A stretch of DNA of 64,000 nucleotides from Dehalococcoidia bacterium (lineage in GTDB: Bacteria; Chloroflexota; Dehalococcoidia; UBA2979): positions 800,001 to 864,000 of the forward strand of contig OZ219872.1 of assembly GCA_964291495.2 (NCBI GenBank), written 5' to 3'. Shown here piece by piece: positions 1 to 8,555 of the stretch; the stretch's first letter is position 1, and every line of letters starts with the position of its first letter. The translations under genes and the position numbers were made by a program. The notes below the pieces were generated by a model. The model was given only the letters and a program-made list of their open reading frames with translations, searched no databases and had not been told where the DNA came from.

Positions 1-807
1 GGCGATGTGCCGCGCCTTGTCCGCCACCATCCCGCCGGCGAGCGCGCGATCCGCCTCGCTGGGCCCGTGGGCCGCGAGGTAGCGGAGCAGTGTCAGCAGG
101 TAGCTGCCGCGCAGCACGTGCAGCGCCAGGCAGGTTTCCGTCCAGCCGACGCGGCTCTCGAGCAGCATGCGGTTGGCCCAGCCCGGGCTCTCGAGGCCAA
201 GCTCCGGGACGTTGAGCAGCGCGCGCTTGCGCCAGCCCTCGAACTGCCGCGCGGACTCGAAGACCTGGCGCGAGAGGCAGAGCTTCACCTCGTGGAAGCC
301 GTAGCTCAGCAGCTCCAGCCACGAGGAGACCACCTCAGCCTCGATCGAGCCGATGTGGCTCAGCTCGGTCGCCACCTGGCACATCGCCAGCTCGACATCA
401 CGAGGCAGGTCGTGGGCGCTCTCCCACGGCACATCCGTGGCCGTGGACCAGCGGCGCGAGATCGACTCCTCGTAGAGCTCGGCGGCGTGGTCGGCCCACT
501 GGTGGGACTTCTTGCTGATAAAGGCGGGACCCAGCGGCACCGCGCCCGCTACGGGGTAGGTGCCGCGCGGCATTCTCGAGGGCTCGTCCCAGTCATCCGG
601 GAGATCGCCGTAGACGCCGATGTTGATCGCCTCGAGGGTGAGGCCACCCGGGCCTCGCGGGGCGCGCGTGCCCCACTGGCGGGAGCGCTTCATCCAGCTG
701 AAGTCGGTGAAGTACGAGGCAGCGAGCGGCGAGGTGATGTCGGGCTCGCGCTTCTCCGGCGCCTCGTCCGGACGTGGCGCCTCGTCCTGGCGTTGCTCTG
801 TCGTCAT
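1..807 (-). CDS. Ferritin-like (diiron-carboxylate fold) protein, degenerate metal ligands, 3' end outside window
   Basis: Not in ORF track. Manual translation from ATG 807 (MTTEQRQD...) is open to the window edge. AAELYEESISRRWSTATDVPW matches the neighbour's AAELYEEAVQRQWSSATDIPW. The ExxH positions read ESARQ and DKARH. Confidence 0.8.
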   Translation of the reverse strand, partial: MTTEQRQDEAPRPDEAPEKREPDITSPLAASYFTDFSWMKRSRQWGTRAPRGPGGLTLEAINIGVYGDLPDDWDEPSRMPRGTYPVAGAVPLGPAFISKKSHQWADHAAELYEESISRRWSTATDVPWESAHDLPRDVELAMCQVATELSHIGSIEAEVVSSWLELLSYGFHEVKLCLSRQVFESARQFEGWRKRALLNVPELGLESPGWANRMLLESRVGWTETCLALHVLRGSYLLTLLRYLAAHGPSEADRALAGGMVADKARHIA

Positions 808-822
808 ACGTGCCGCGGTCGC

Positions 823-1992
823 CTAGGCGCTGGCGTAGGCGCGGAGCATCTCGCCCGCGCTGCGGCCTTCTTCGAAGCGCTCGCCGAAGCCGGCGACGGT
901 CACGCGCTGGACGTACTCCTTGACCTGGCGCTGGCGCATCGCGAGAGCGAGCTTCTGGCCTTCCTCGATCTTGTCCTTGCCGCCACCGAGCAGGATGGCG
1001 AGTGCGGCGTTCGAGGGGTTCGCGTTCGCGGCCGGGTTCTGGTTCGTGCCCGTGATCAGCCCGCGCTCCGCCTCGTCCAGGTAGCTGTGAATCTCCTCGC
1101 GCCGTTCCGGCATCGTCTGGCCGAGGTACTGCAGGTGCATCACCCCAAAGGCGACGTGCCGCGCCTCATCGGAGGCAGCGAGGCGGTAGATCATCTTCTC
1201 GGCGTCGTTGTAGGCCATGCGCTCGCCCATGCGGAAGATGGTCAGCACGGAGCCCTCGCCGGAGATGTGCAGCTTGGCCGACATCTCCGTGAAGTCGCGC
1301 GCGCTGTCGATGGTGCCGGCGAAGACGTCGCTGCCGGCGCGCGGGTTGCGCTCCAGCAGACCGCCGCCGTTGGCGAGTGCGCGCTTGCGGAAGACGTCGA
1401 GGTGCCGCGCCTCGTCGACCACCTGCGAGATCAGGAACATGCGCGGCTCGAAGTACTCGGGCGTGATCTCGGAGATCCAGCGGCCGGGCACGTCGCCGGC
1501 GACGAACTCGATCTCGGTCAGGAAGGTCGCCAGCTTGCACTCGGCGGCCTCGATGTCGTCGGGCAGCTCGGTGAGGGTGTGCCAGGGGATGTCGGTCGCC
1601 GAGGACCACTGCCGCTGTACCGCCTCCTCGTAGAGCTCGGCGGCGTTGCGCAGCCAGATGTCCGCCTTGGTGCGGACGCGGTAGTTGCCGACGCGCGGCG
1701 CGACCTTGCGCGGCTGCGTGCCGCGCGGGCGGCCGGTCAGGTTGTCGCTCTCGTCGGGGACCTCGGCGGGATCGCTGCCCGCGAGGTCCTGCAGCAGCAG
1801 GCCGCCGCGGCTGAGGTCGGACTCCTCGCCCGAGCCCCAGATCTCGGCCTTGCGCAGCCAGTCGAGCTTGTAGCCGCGCTCCTGCGCGAAGCTCATCAGC
1901 TCATCGAACGGCCCCTCAGGCTGCGACCCGTTCGAGGCCGCACCGTTGGTGGTGGGCTCGCTCGCCGTCGGCTCACTTGCGGTCGTCGTCAT
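823..1992 (-). CDS. Ferritin-like diiron-carboxylate protein
   Basis: 389 aa with two DEARH (ExxH) motifs, each preceded by a Glu-bearing helix (FLTEIEF, HISGEG). Confidence 0.8.
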   Translation of the reverse strand: MTTTASEPTASEPTTNGAASNGSQPEGPFDELMSFAQERGYKLDWLRKAEIWGSGEESDLSRGGLLLQDLAGSDPAEVPDESDNLTGRPRGTQPRKVAPRVGNYRVRTKADIWLRNAAELYEEAVQRQWSSATDIPWHTLTELPDDIEAAECKLATFLTEIEFVAGDVPGRWISEITPEYFEPRMFLISQVVDEARHLDVFRKRALANGGGLLERNPRAGSDVFAGTIDSARDFTEMSAKLHISGEGSVLTIFRMGERMAYNDAEKMIYRLAASDEARHVAFGVMHLQYLGQTMPERREEIHSYLDEAERGLITGTNQNPAANANPSNAALAILLGGGKDKIEEGQKLALAMRQRQVKEYVQRVTVAGFGERFEEGRSAGEMLRAYASA

Positions 1993-2119
1993 CGCTTCGT
2001 CCCTTGTCCGGGCACGACTTACGCGGGGAATACGGGGCGTCGCTCACGGACCCCCGTCCCGCTCCGTCAAAGGTAGCAAGTCGGGGCGCTTCCCGCATCC
2101 CGCCGGGGCCTCTGAGCCG

Positions 2120-2155
2120 GCGCTACGCGATCACGCCCTCGGCCCTGAACTGCTC
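2120..2155. repeat. Direct-repeat copy of the 3' end of the CoA-transferase gene (partner at 3730-3765)
   Basis: gcgctacgcgatcacgccctcggccctgaactgctc vs gcgctacgcgatcacgccctcggcgctgagctgctc, 34/36 identical. Confidence 0.85.
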
Positions 2156-2156
2156 C

Positions 2157-3650
2157 CTACTCGATCGTGAGGATGTACCCGCCGGGGCCGCTCAGATCAA
2201 GGTCGCCCACGACCATGAAGTAGGTCCCGGCGTGCGGCGCGCGATAGACAAGCGCCGAGTCGGTCCCGAACAGGCCCCCGCCGCCATCGTCATCCACTTC
2301 TATGTCCTCGGCGCCCTCATAGTCGATGATCAAGGTCGTGTCGATGAGAATCGAACTCACCGTGACCTCGATCCGCTCACCCGCGCTCAGTGCGATCATG
2401 AAGTAGTCGATATCACCGGGTGCATCGACGCTTCCCACGAGGGTCTGGCCGACCTCGACCCATTGCCCGTCGTCGGGGTCGTACAGTGGCGCCACGCTGT
2501 GGCTGCTTGTGAGTACGAAGGCGCCCCGCGCCTCGTCGAACTGAAAGACCCTCAGAAAGAGCGGCCCGTAGCGATCGACGGTGATCGAGCCGATCTCGGT
2601 TCCCGAGTAGCCGTCATCGACCTCCAGGATGCTCACGCCGGATGAGTCGAAGACCTCGAGGGCGCCATCGTTCGCGCCCCGCCATTCGATGAGAACCTCG
2701 GCCCCCATCGGCTCGTTGATGACATAGATGCCCTCGTCCCAGAGATTCGCAAGCTCGACCTCGTAGCGCCGCTCGCCGCCCGAGAGCGGAACATGCCGAG
2801 CAGCCAGTCCGGACGGATCGCGCCCGGCAATCAGTTCCTCGATGCGGGGATGGATGTCCGTCGCCGACGCGACCAGCCCGAAGTCCCCTTCGGTGAAGTT
2901 GAAGCCGCTCATGCCGATGACCTCGCCCATCGACGAAAGCAGCGCGCCCCCGCTCTGGCCGCCCGCCGCAACGGCGTCGGTCTGCAGATAGGTGATCCCG
3001 AGCACCTCCCATTCCCGGTAACGAGAGAGCAGGCCGCGGCTGAGCGTTGGCTTCGGAAACGCCTCGACCTCTCCCGGGTAGCCAAGCAGGAACACCTCGC
3101 TGCCGATCGGCAGGTCCTCGCCATCCACCAACGCGACTGCATCCGCAGCCGCATCGACGGGGCCGAGCACTGCGATGTCGGCCAACAGATCCCAGCCCCG
3201 CAGCGGGACGGCGGTGAACTCCGATCCGTCCGGGAGCACCACGCGCGCCGCCTCGTACGGCCAGACGACGTGAGCGTTGGTCACGACATACCCACCCTCG
3301 ATCAGGATCCCGCTGCCCGTGCTCATCCCGGTCTCGATGAACGCGATCGCCGGAGAAACCCTGTCGAAGATCTCGGCGGGAGTGAGGTGGGCGGTCCTGG
3401 GCGTGTCCTCGGCCGTGGCCGCCGCCCTCGCGGTGGCGGTGGCTTCGGCGGTGACCGCCACCGCCGGAGTGGCGGTGCCCCCAGCCGTGGCTACCGGCGC
3501 CGGAGTTGCCGTGGCCTCCGCCGGCGCCCTGTCGTCCGGCTCGCCGCCGCACGCTGACCACAACGCAGCGGCCATCAGGCAGGCAGTCGCGATCTGCGCC
3601 ACCCGGGAACTGTTGCTTGCGAGCCGGCCAGCTACCAACGCATTCCCCAA
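2157..3650 (-). CDS. Trypsin-like (S1) serine protease, probable lipoprotein, with C-terminal PPC-like domains
   Basis: VVTNAHVV, DIAVL and GGQSGG triad motifs. Lipobox-like LWSAC, Ala/Thr linker, and DDDGGGG..DSAL repeats typical of pre-peptidase domains. Start uncertain. Confidence 0.8.
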   Translation of the reverse strand: MGNALVAGRLASNSSRVAQIATACLMAAALWSACGGEPDDRAPAEATATPAPVATAGGTATPAVAVTAEATATARAAATAEDTPRTAHLTPAEIFDRVSPAIAFIETGMSTGSGILIEGGYVVTNAHVVWPYEAARVVLPDGSEFTAVPLRGWDLLADIAVLGPVDAAADAVALVDGEDLPIGSEVFLLGYPGEVEAFPKPTLSRGLLSRYREWEVLGITYLQTDAVAAGGQSGGALLSSMGEVIGMSGFNFTEGDFGLVASATDIHPRIEELIAGRDPSGLAARHVPLSGGERRYEVELANLWDEGIYVINEPMGAEVLIEWRGANDGALEVFDSSGVSILEVDDGYSGTEIGSITVDRYGPLFLRVFQFDEARGAFVLTSSHSVAPLYDPDDGQWVEVGQTLVGSVDAPGDIDYFMIALSAGERIEVTVSSILIDTTLIIDYEGAEDIEVDDDGGGGLFGTDSALVYRAPHAGTYFMVVGDLDLSGPGGYILTIE

Positions 3651-3732
3651 TCGGAGTCACCGCTGGCGGAGCCCGGATGAGGCACGTCTCGCGCATCCCG
3701 CAAGGCCCATGAGGAGCTTGCGCGTCGGCGCG

Positions 3733-4992
3733 CTACGCGATCACGCCCTCGGCGCTGAGCTGCTCGACCTCGTCCTCGTCCATGCCGAGCAGCTCGCAGA
3801 AGACGTAGTGGTTCGCCTCGCCCATCTCCGGGGCGGGATCTAGGCGGTCGGTCGGGGTCCTGGAGAAGCGCCAGGGGGGCGAGAACCAGCGCGTCGTGCC
3901 ACCATCGTGCGGCAGCGGCACCTCGCGCCACGCGCCGCGCGCCTCGAGCTGCGGGCTGGCCGCCACGTCCTCCGGGTAGCCGACCGGCGTTGCCGCCACG
4001 CCGACCGCCTGGAGGCGCTCCATCAGCTCGAAGCCGTCCTGGTCCGCCGTCCACTCGCCGATCCGTGCGTCCAGCTCGTCCTGGTTCGCGAGCCGGCCCT
4101 CGACGTGCTCGAAGCGCGGACCGGCGGCCCACTCGGGCGCGCCCATCGCCGCCACCAGCGCGCGCCACTCCTCGTCCGAGGTGACGGCGATCGTGATCCA
4201 GCGTCCGCCCTCGTGCTCGCCGGCGCTCGGGTAGACGCCGTGCGGCGCCCACGCCGGGTGGCGGTTGCCGCGCCGCGCCGGTACGCGGCCGTTGTAGGAG
4301 TAGTCGAGGAAGGCGTCGCCGAGGTACGAGGCGAGCGTCTCGCGGTTCGCGAGGTCGATGTGCTGCCCGCGGCCGGTGCGCTTAGCGCGCACGAGCGCCG
4401 CGATCGAGACGAAGGCGCCCATCGCGCCGGCGCACATGTCGGAGGGAAGGCGGAACAGCACGGGCGGGCCGTCCTCGTAACCCCACATCGAACTGAAGCC
4501 GCTCATCGCCGCGAAGACCGAGGCGTACCCGGCGTCCTCGCGGTCCGGGCCGAAGCCGCCGCCCGCGGACATCGAGATGTAGACCAGCCCCGGATTGACC
4601 TCGCGCAGCACCTCCCAGCCGAGACCCCGGCGCTCGAGCACGCCGGGCCGGAAGTTCTCGCCGACCATGTCGCTGACGGCGACGAGGCGCTTGGCCAGCT
4701 CGATCGCACGCGGCTCGCGGAGGTTGAGCGTGACGCTGCGCTTGTTGAGCCCGAACTCGTCGAGGCCACCGCGCGCGCGGCGCACCGACATCTGGCCCTG
4801 CGTGCGGTCCTGCGCCGCGGCGCGCCCGGAGCGCGTGCGCACCGGATCGCGGCGTGCGCTGCTCTCGATCTTGATGCACTCCGCACCCAGCGAGGACCAC
4901 ATCAGCGAGCAGTAGCCGCCGACCAGCACGTGCGTGAAGTCGACGATGCGCACGCCCTCGAGGGGCCGTCGCGGGAGGCCGTCGCTCGTCAT
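3733..4992 (-). CDS. CaiB/BaiF family (class III) CoA-transferase
   Basis: PLEGVRIVDF, NKRSVTLNL, ENFRPG motifs. Confidence 0.9.
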   Translation of the reverse strand: MTSDGLPRRPLEGVRIVDFTHVLVGGYCSLMWSSLGAECIKIESSARRDPVRTRSGRAAAQDRTQGQMSVRRARGGLDEFGLNKRSVTLNLREPRAIELAKRLVAVSDMVGENFRPGVLERRGLGWEVLREVNPGLVYISMSAGGGFGPDREDAGYASVFAAMSGFSSMWGYEDGPPVLFRLPSDMCAGAMGAFVSIAALVRAKRTGRGQHIDLANRETLASYLGDAFLDYSYNGRVPARRGNRHPAWAPHGVYPSAGEHEGGRWITIAVTSDEEWRALVAAMGAPEWAAGPRFEHVEGRLANQDELDARIGEWTADQDGFELMERLQAVGVAATPVGYPEDVAASPQLEARGAWREVPLPHDGGTTRWFSPPWRFSRTPTDRLDPAPEMGEANHYVFCELLGMDEDEVEQLSAEGVIA

Positions 4993-5017
4993 GGCCGCAC
5001 CTCGCTCCGTCGCACCG

Positions 5018-6259
5018 CTACACCACGCCGCTCTGCCTCAGCACGTCCAGCTGGCGCGCCGTGCGGCCGAGGCGTCCGCAGATCACTTCGCGGTTGTGCT
5101 CGCCGAGCAGCGGGGCTGCTCGGCGGAAGCTCGGCGAATCCTCGGTGGCGCGGAAGAGCTGCAGCGGATACTCGGCCGGGCCCGCGATCGGGTGGTAGCC
5201 GTCGACGAAGAAGCCGCGCGCCCGCTCGTGTTCCGAGGTCGAGACCTCGTCGAGGTTGAGGAAGCGCCCGATCGGCGCGCCGAGGCGCTGGGCGGCGCGG
5301 TAGATCTCCTCGCCGGGGATGTCCTTCGCCCACTGCTCCATGCCGCGCTGGATCTCGTCTCCGCGCGCGGCGCGGCCCGCCTGTGTCTCGAACTCCGGGT
5401 CGAGCGCCCACTCCGGCTCGCCCATCAGCTCGACGAGCATCTTCCAGTGATGGTTCTGCGCGGCGTAGACCACGATGTAGCCGTCCGCGCAGGGCACGCA
5501 GTCGCCGTAGGCGTGCTTGTTGGTCGGCCGCGTCTCGTAAATCCCGCCCGTCAGGTAGCTGCGCATCTGGAAGCGGTGCATCACGGAGACGTGCGCCTCC
5601 TGCCTCGAGAGGTCGATGAACTGGCCGCCGACCATCGGCTGGACGAACAGCGCCGCCGCGATGGCGAGCGCGGCGCTTGTGCCGGAGATCGCCTCCCCCG
5701 CCGCGTAGGGCAGCTTGACCGGCTCGCGGTCGGGGTGCGTGTCGTAGGCGAGCGCGCCCGGGTTGGTGAAACCGTCGCCGCCGTACATGTAGAGGTTGAG
5801 GTCCTCGGCGCGATAGTCGCGCTGCGGCCCGGTGGAGCCGAAGGGCGTGATCGCGGCGACGATCAGCTGCGGGAAACTCTCCTCGAGGCTGGGGTAGTCC
5901 AGCCCCAGCCGCTCCGCCTCCGCCGGCGGCAGGTCCTCGATCAAGACGTCCGCTTCGGCCAGCAGCTCGAACAGCAGCTCGCGCCCCTGCGCCGACTCGA
6001 TGTCCAGGCTGACGCCGAGCTTGTTGGTGTTGAAGTGCATGAACGCGAGGCTACGCTCGCGGTCCTCGATGTCGCCCGCGTAGGGCGGAACCCCCCGCGC
6101 TGGGTCGCCCTCGGGGTCCTCGACCTTGATCACCTCGGCGCCGAGGTCGGCGAGCAGCTTCCCGGTGTAGGGCGCGGCGAAGAGGCGGCCGTACTCGACG
6201 ACCGTGACGCCTTCCAGCAGGCCCCCGGCGGGCGCGCCCTCGCCGTCCGCGGCGGTCAG
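5018..6259 (-). CDS. CaiB/BaiF family CoA-transferase, likely CTG start
   Basis: LLEGVTVVE, LADLGAEVIKVE and NTNKLGVSLD motifs. Homology begins at CTG 6259, which overlaps the upstream TGA. Confidence 0.85.
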   Translation of the reverse strand: MTAADGEGAPAGGLLEGVTVVEYGRLFAAPYTGKLLADLGAEVIKVEDPEGDPARGVPPYAGDIEDRERSLAFMHFNTNKLGVSLDIESAQGRELLFELLAEADVLIEDLPPAEAERLGLDYPSLEESFPQLIVAAITPFGSTGPQRDYRAEDLNLYMYGGDGFTNPGALAYDTHPDREPVKLPYAAGEAISGTSAALAIAAALFVQPMVGGQFIDLSRQEAHVSVMHRFQMRSYLTGGIYETRPTNKHAYGDCVPCADGYIVVYAAQNHHWKMLVELMGEPEWALDPEFETQAGRAARGDEIQRGMEQWAKDIPGEEIYRAAQRLGAPIGRFLNLDEVSTSEHERARGFFVDGYHPIAGPAEYPLQLFRATEDSPSFRRAAPLLGEHNREVICGRLGRTARQLDVLRQSGVV

Positions 6260-7611
6260 GAGGACGCCCCCTGCTGCTGCTCGCGCTCGAGCTTGGTGCT
6301 CTTGAAGACGCCGCGCTGGCGCGCGTCCTTGCCGACGAGCTGGCGCTGCGCCGTGAACATGTCCGGCAGCGGCACGCCGACCGCGCCCTCCTCGGACAGC
6401 GTCTCGATCTCCGCTTCGTCGTAGCCGAGCTCGGCCAGCACCGCCTCCGTGTGCTCGCCGAGGATCGGCGAGTGGTTCGCGGTCTGCGGCGGCGGGAAGT
6501 TGCTGAAGCGCACGGGGCTGGCGGGCATGACCAGCTCGCCGTCGCGCGGGTCGTCCACGGTCACTGCCAGGACGTTCTCCTCGAACTGGCCATGAGTCGT
6601 GAACTCCTCGTAGTTCAGGCAGGGGTCGCAGCGCAGCTGGCGTGCGCGGAAGCGATCCTGCCACTCCTGGCGGGTCTGCTTCGAGAACGCCTCGTCGAGC
6701 ACCGGGTAGAGCTCGAGGCGCGCGGCGTTGCGCTTCTCCACCGTGTCATAGCGAGGGTCGTCGAGGATGTGCTCGATCTCGAGGATCTCGCAGACCATGC
6801 GCCACTCCGTGTCGTCCTGGCCGAAGATCGTGAGCACGTAGCCGTCGCTCGCCGGGTAGGCGGCGTAAGGGAAGCGCGAGCGCACCCCGCCGCGGCCCTC
6901 CTTGCGGAACTCGATGCCCTCGGAGAGGTAGTGGGCGATCGCCGGCCACTGCATCAGCACGGCGGTGTTCACGAGGTTGTTCGTCACCTTCTGCCCGCGG
7001 CCGGTGCGCTCGCGGTGCCAGAGCGCGGCCATCAGCGAGTAGGCGTTGACGGCGCCACCGCCGTAGTCGATGACGTTATGTCCATTTACCCACGGCGACT
7101 GATCGCCATCCGGGTCCGTCTGGCTCGTCACGAAGCCGGCGAAGGCCTGCGCCCACATGTCGCCGCCCCGGCGGTGCGAGAGCGGGCCGCTCTCGCCGAA
7201 CATCGAGAACGAGCCGTAGACCAGCCCCGGGTTGATCTTCGAGAGCTCCTCGTAGCCGAGGCCCATGCGGTCCATCGTGCCCGGCCGGAAGTTCTCGACC
7301 AGCACGTCGGCGCGCTCGCAGAGCCGCTTGACGGCGTCGAGGCCGCGCTCGTCCTTGAGGTTCACGGAGAAGCTGCGCTTGTTCAGGTTGGTGCAGATGA
7401 AGGTGATGCTGTCGACGAACGGCTCCGCGGTGAGCCGCGAGAAGTCGCCCTCGAGCGGCTCGACCTTGATCACATCGGCCCCGAGATCGGCCAGCAGCCG
7501 TGTGGCCACGGGGCCGAACGCGAACTGGCTGAAGTCGAGCACCTGCAGGCCGCTCAGCAGTCCCGGCGCCGCGCCGTTCGAGCTACCTTCGTTCGATCCG
7601 TTGTCCGCCAT
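6256..7611 (-). CDS. CaiB/BaiF family CoA-transferase
   Basis: MADNGS start at 7611; LADLGADVIKVEP, NLNKRS and ENFRPG motifs. Confidence 0.9.
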   Translation of the reverse strand: MADNGSNEGSSNGAAPGLLSGLQVLDFSQFAFGPVATRLLADLGADVIKVEPLEGDFSRLTAEPFVDSITFICTNLNKRSFSVNLKDERGLDAVKRLCERADVLVENFRPGTMDRMGLGYEELSKINPGLVYGSFSMFGESGPLSHRRGGDMWAQAFAGFVTSQTDPDGDQSPWVNGHNVIDYGGGAVNAYSLMAALWHRERTGRGQKVTNNLVNTAVLMQWPAIAHYLSEGIEFRKEGRGGVRSRFPYAAYPASDGYVLTIFGQDDTEWRMVCEILEIEHILDDPRYDTVEKRNAARLELYPVLDEAFSKQTRQEWQDRFRARQLRCDPCLNYEEFTTHGQFEENVLAVTVDDPRDGELVMPASPVRFSNFPPPQTANHSPILGEHTEAVLAELGYDEAEIETLSEEGAVGVPLPDMFTAQRQLVGKDARQRGVFKSTKLEREQQQGASS

Positions 7612-7715
7612 GCTCGCCCCCTCGCGCTCGCGGTCCGCGCGCTCGGTGCCTGTTGTACCACCTTGAGGGGCGGCACGGGGCGGCGCCGACCGGCAAGCCG
7701 ACGCGATAGGGCGCC

Positions 7716-8180
7716 CTAGAACCGGACGCGGCTGCCCTTCGCACAGTAGCGAGGGTCCGCGGAGGCGCCCGTGGCGGCGAACTCCCGCGCCGCCTCGCAG
7801 GCGCGCAGCAGCTCCTCGTCGCGCTCGCGCGGCAGGTAGTCGCTCGGCGTGCCGGCCGTGTAAGCCGCGACCAACGCGCCGCCGAAGACGGCCGGGATCT
7901 CCGGCGAGTCGTCGACGACGAAGTCCGGCGTAAGCGGGACGCCGAGCACCTCGAGCGCCGCCTCGTGGTCGGCGAGCGGCTTCTGGTAGCAGGCCTCCAC
8001 CAGGTGCTCCAGCCCGTGCTCCCGGATCACGGCCGAGCGGTCGCCGGCGCCGGACCAGACGTGCACGCGGTGGCCCTCCTCCCGCAGCCGCTCGAACACC
8101 TCGCGCGTCCACGGGCGCAGCGATCCGTCGAGGCCGAGAATCGTGTAATCGACGTCGAAGAAGATGTCGAGCGTGCGCAT
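7716..8180 (-). CDS. Small HAD-superfamily phosphatase-like protein
   Basis: IFFDVDYT (motif I), VWSGAG, K, VVDD (motif IV). Confidence 0.75.
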   Translation of the reverse strand: MRTLDIFFDVDYTILGLDGSLRPWTREVFERLREEGHRVHVWSGAGDRSAVIREHGLEHLVEACYQKPLADHEAALEVLGVPLTPDFVVDDSPEIPAVFGGALVAAYTAGTPSDYLPRERDEELLRACEAAREFAATGASADPRYCAKGSRVRF

Positions 8181-8194
8181 CGCGTCCAGTCGAG

Positions 8195-8338
8195 CTAGTC
8201 GGCCGAGGGCAGCTCGCGCGGCGCGAGCAGCACCATCTGCTTCGCGCAGCAGTGGATCTCGCCCTCGCCGCGGCGGATGCAGAGCACCACGGTGCCGCAC
8301 TCCTCGCAGCGATAGCGGTGGCCGAGGTCGTTGACCAC
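8195..8338 (-). CDS. 47-aa desulforedoxin-like Cys4 metal-binding protein
   Basis: Manual translation from GTG: MVNDLGHRYRCEECGTVVLCIRRGEGEIHCCAKQMVLLAPRELPSAD, with C-x2-C-x15-CC. Confidence 0.8.
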   Translation of the reverse strand: MVNDLGHRYRCEECGTVVLCIRRGEGEIHCCAKQMVLLAPRELPSAD

Positions 8339-8341
8339 GGG

Positions 8342-8458
8342 CTAGCGCCTCGTGACGGGCTGGTCGCAGCAGGTCATTTCGCCGCTGCCGCCGGTGGTGA
8401 CGATGAACTCGGAGCCGCAGCGCTCGCAGTAGTAGCGTTTGCCGGTCTGGTTCGCCAT
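8342..8458 (-). CDS. 38-aa desulforedoxin-like Cys4 metal-binding protein
   Basis: MANQTGKRYYCERCGSEFIVTTGGSGEMTCCDQPVTRR, with C-x2-C-x15-CC; GAGGGG SD upstream. Confidence 0.8.
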   Translation of the reverse strand: MANQTGKRYYCERCGSEFIVTTGGSGEMTCCDQPVTRR

Positions 8459-8555
8459 GCCCGCCCCTCGCACGCGCCCCGCGTTCCCGTGAACGGCATT
8501 ATAGTGGCGCGTGCCGGTACGCCGGAACGCCGACACGCAACGAAGGAGCGACCCC

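Noticed and set aside
7-2076. 689-aa plus-strand ORF and similar long ORFs (8499-11189, 13510-15258, 58426-60315)
   Set aside because: Antisense shadows of real genes in high-GC DNA; no motifs, Arg/Ala/Gly-rich.
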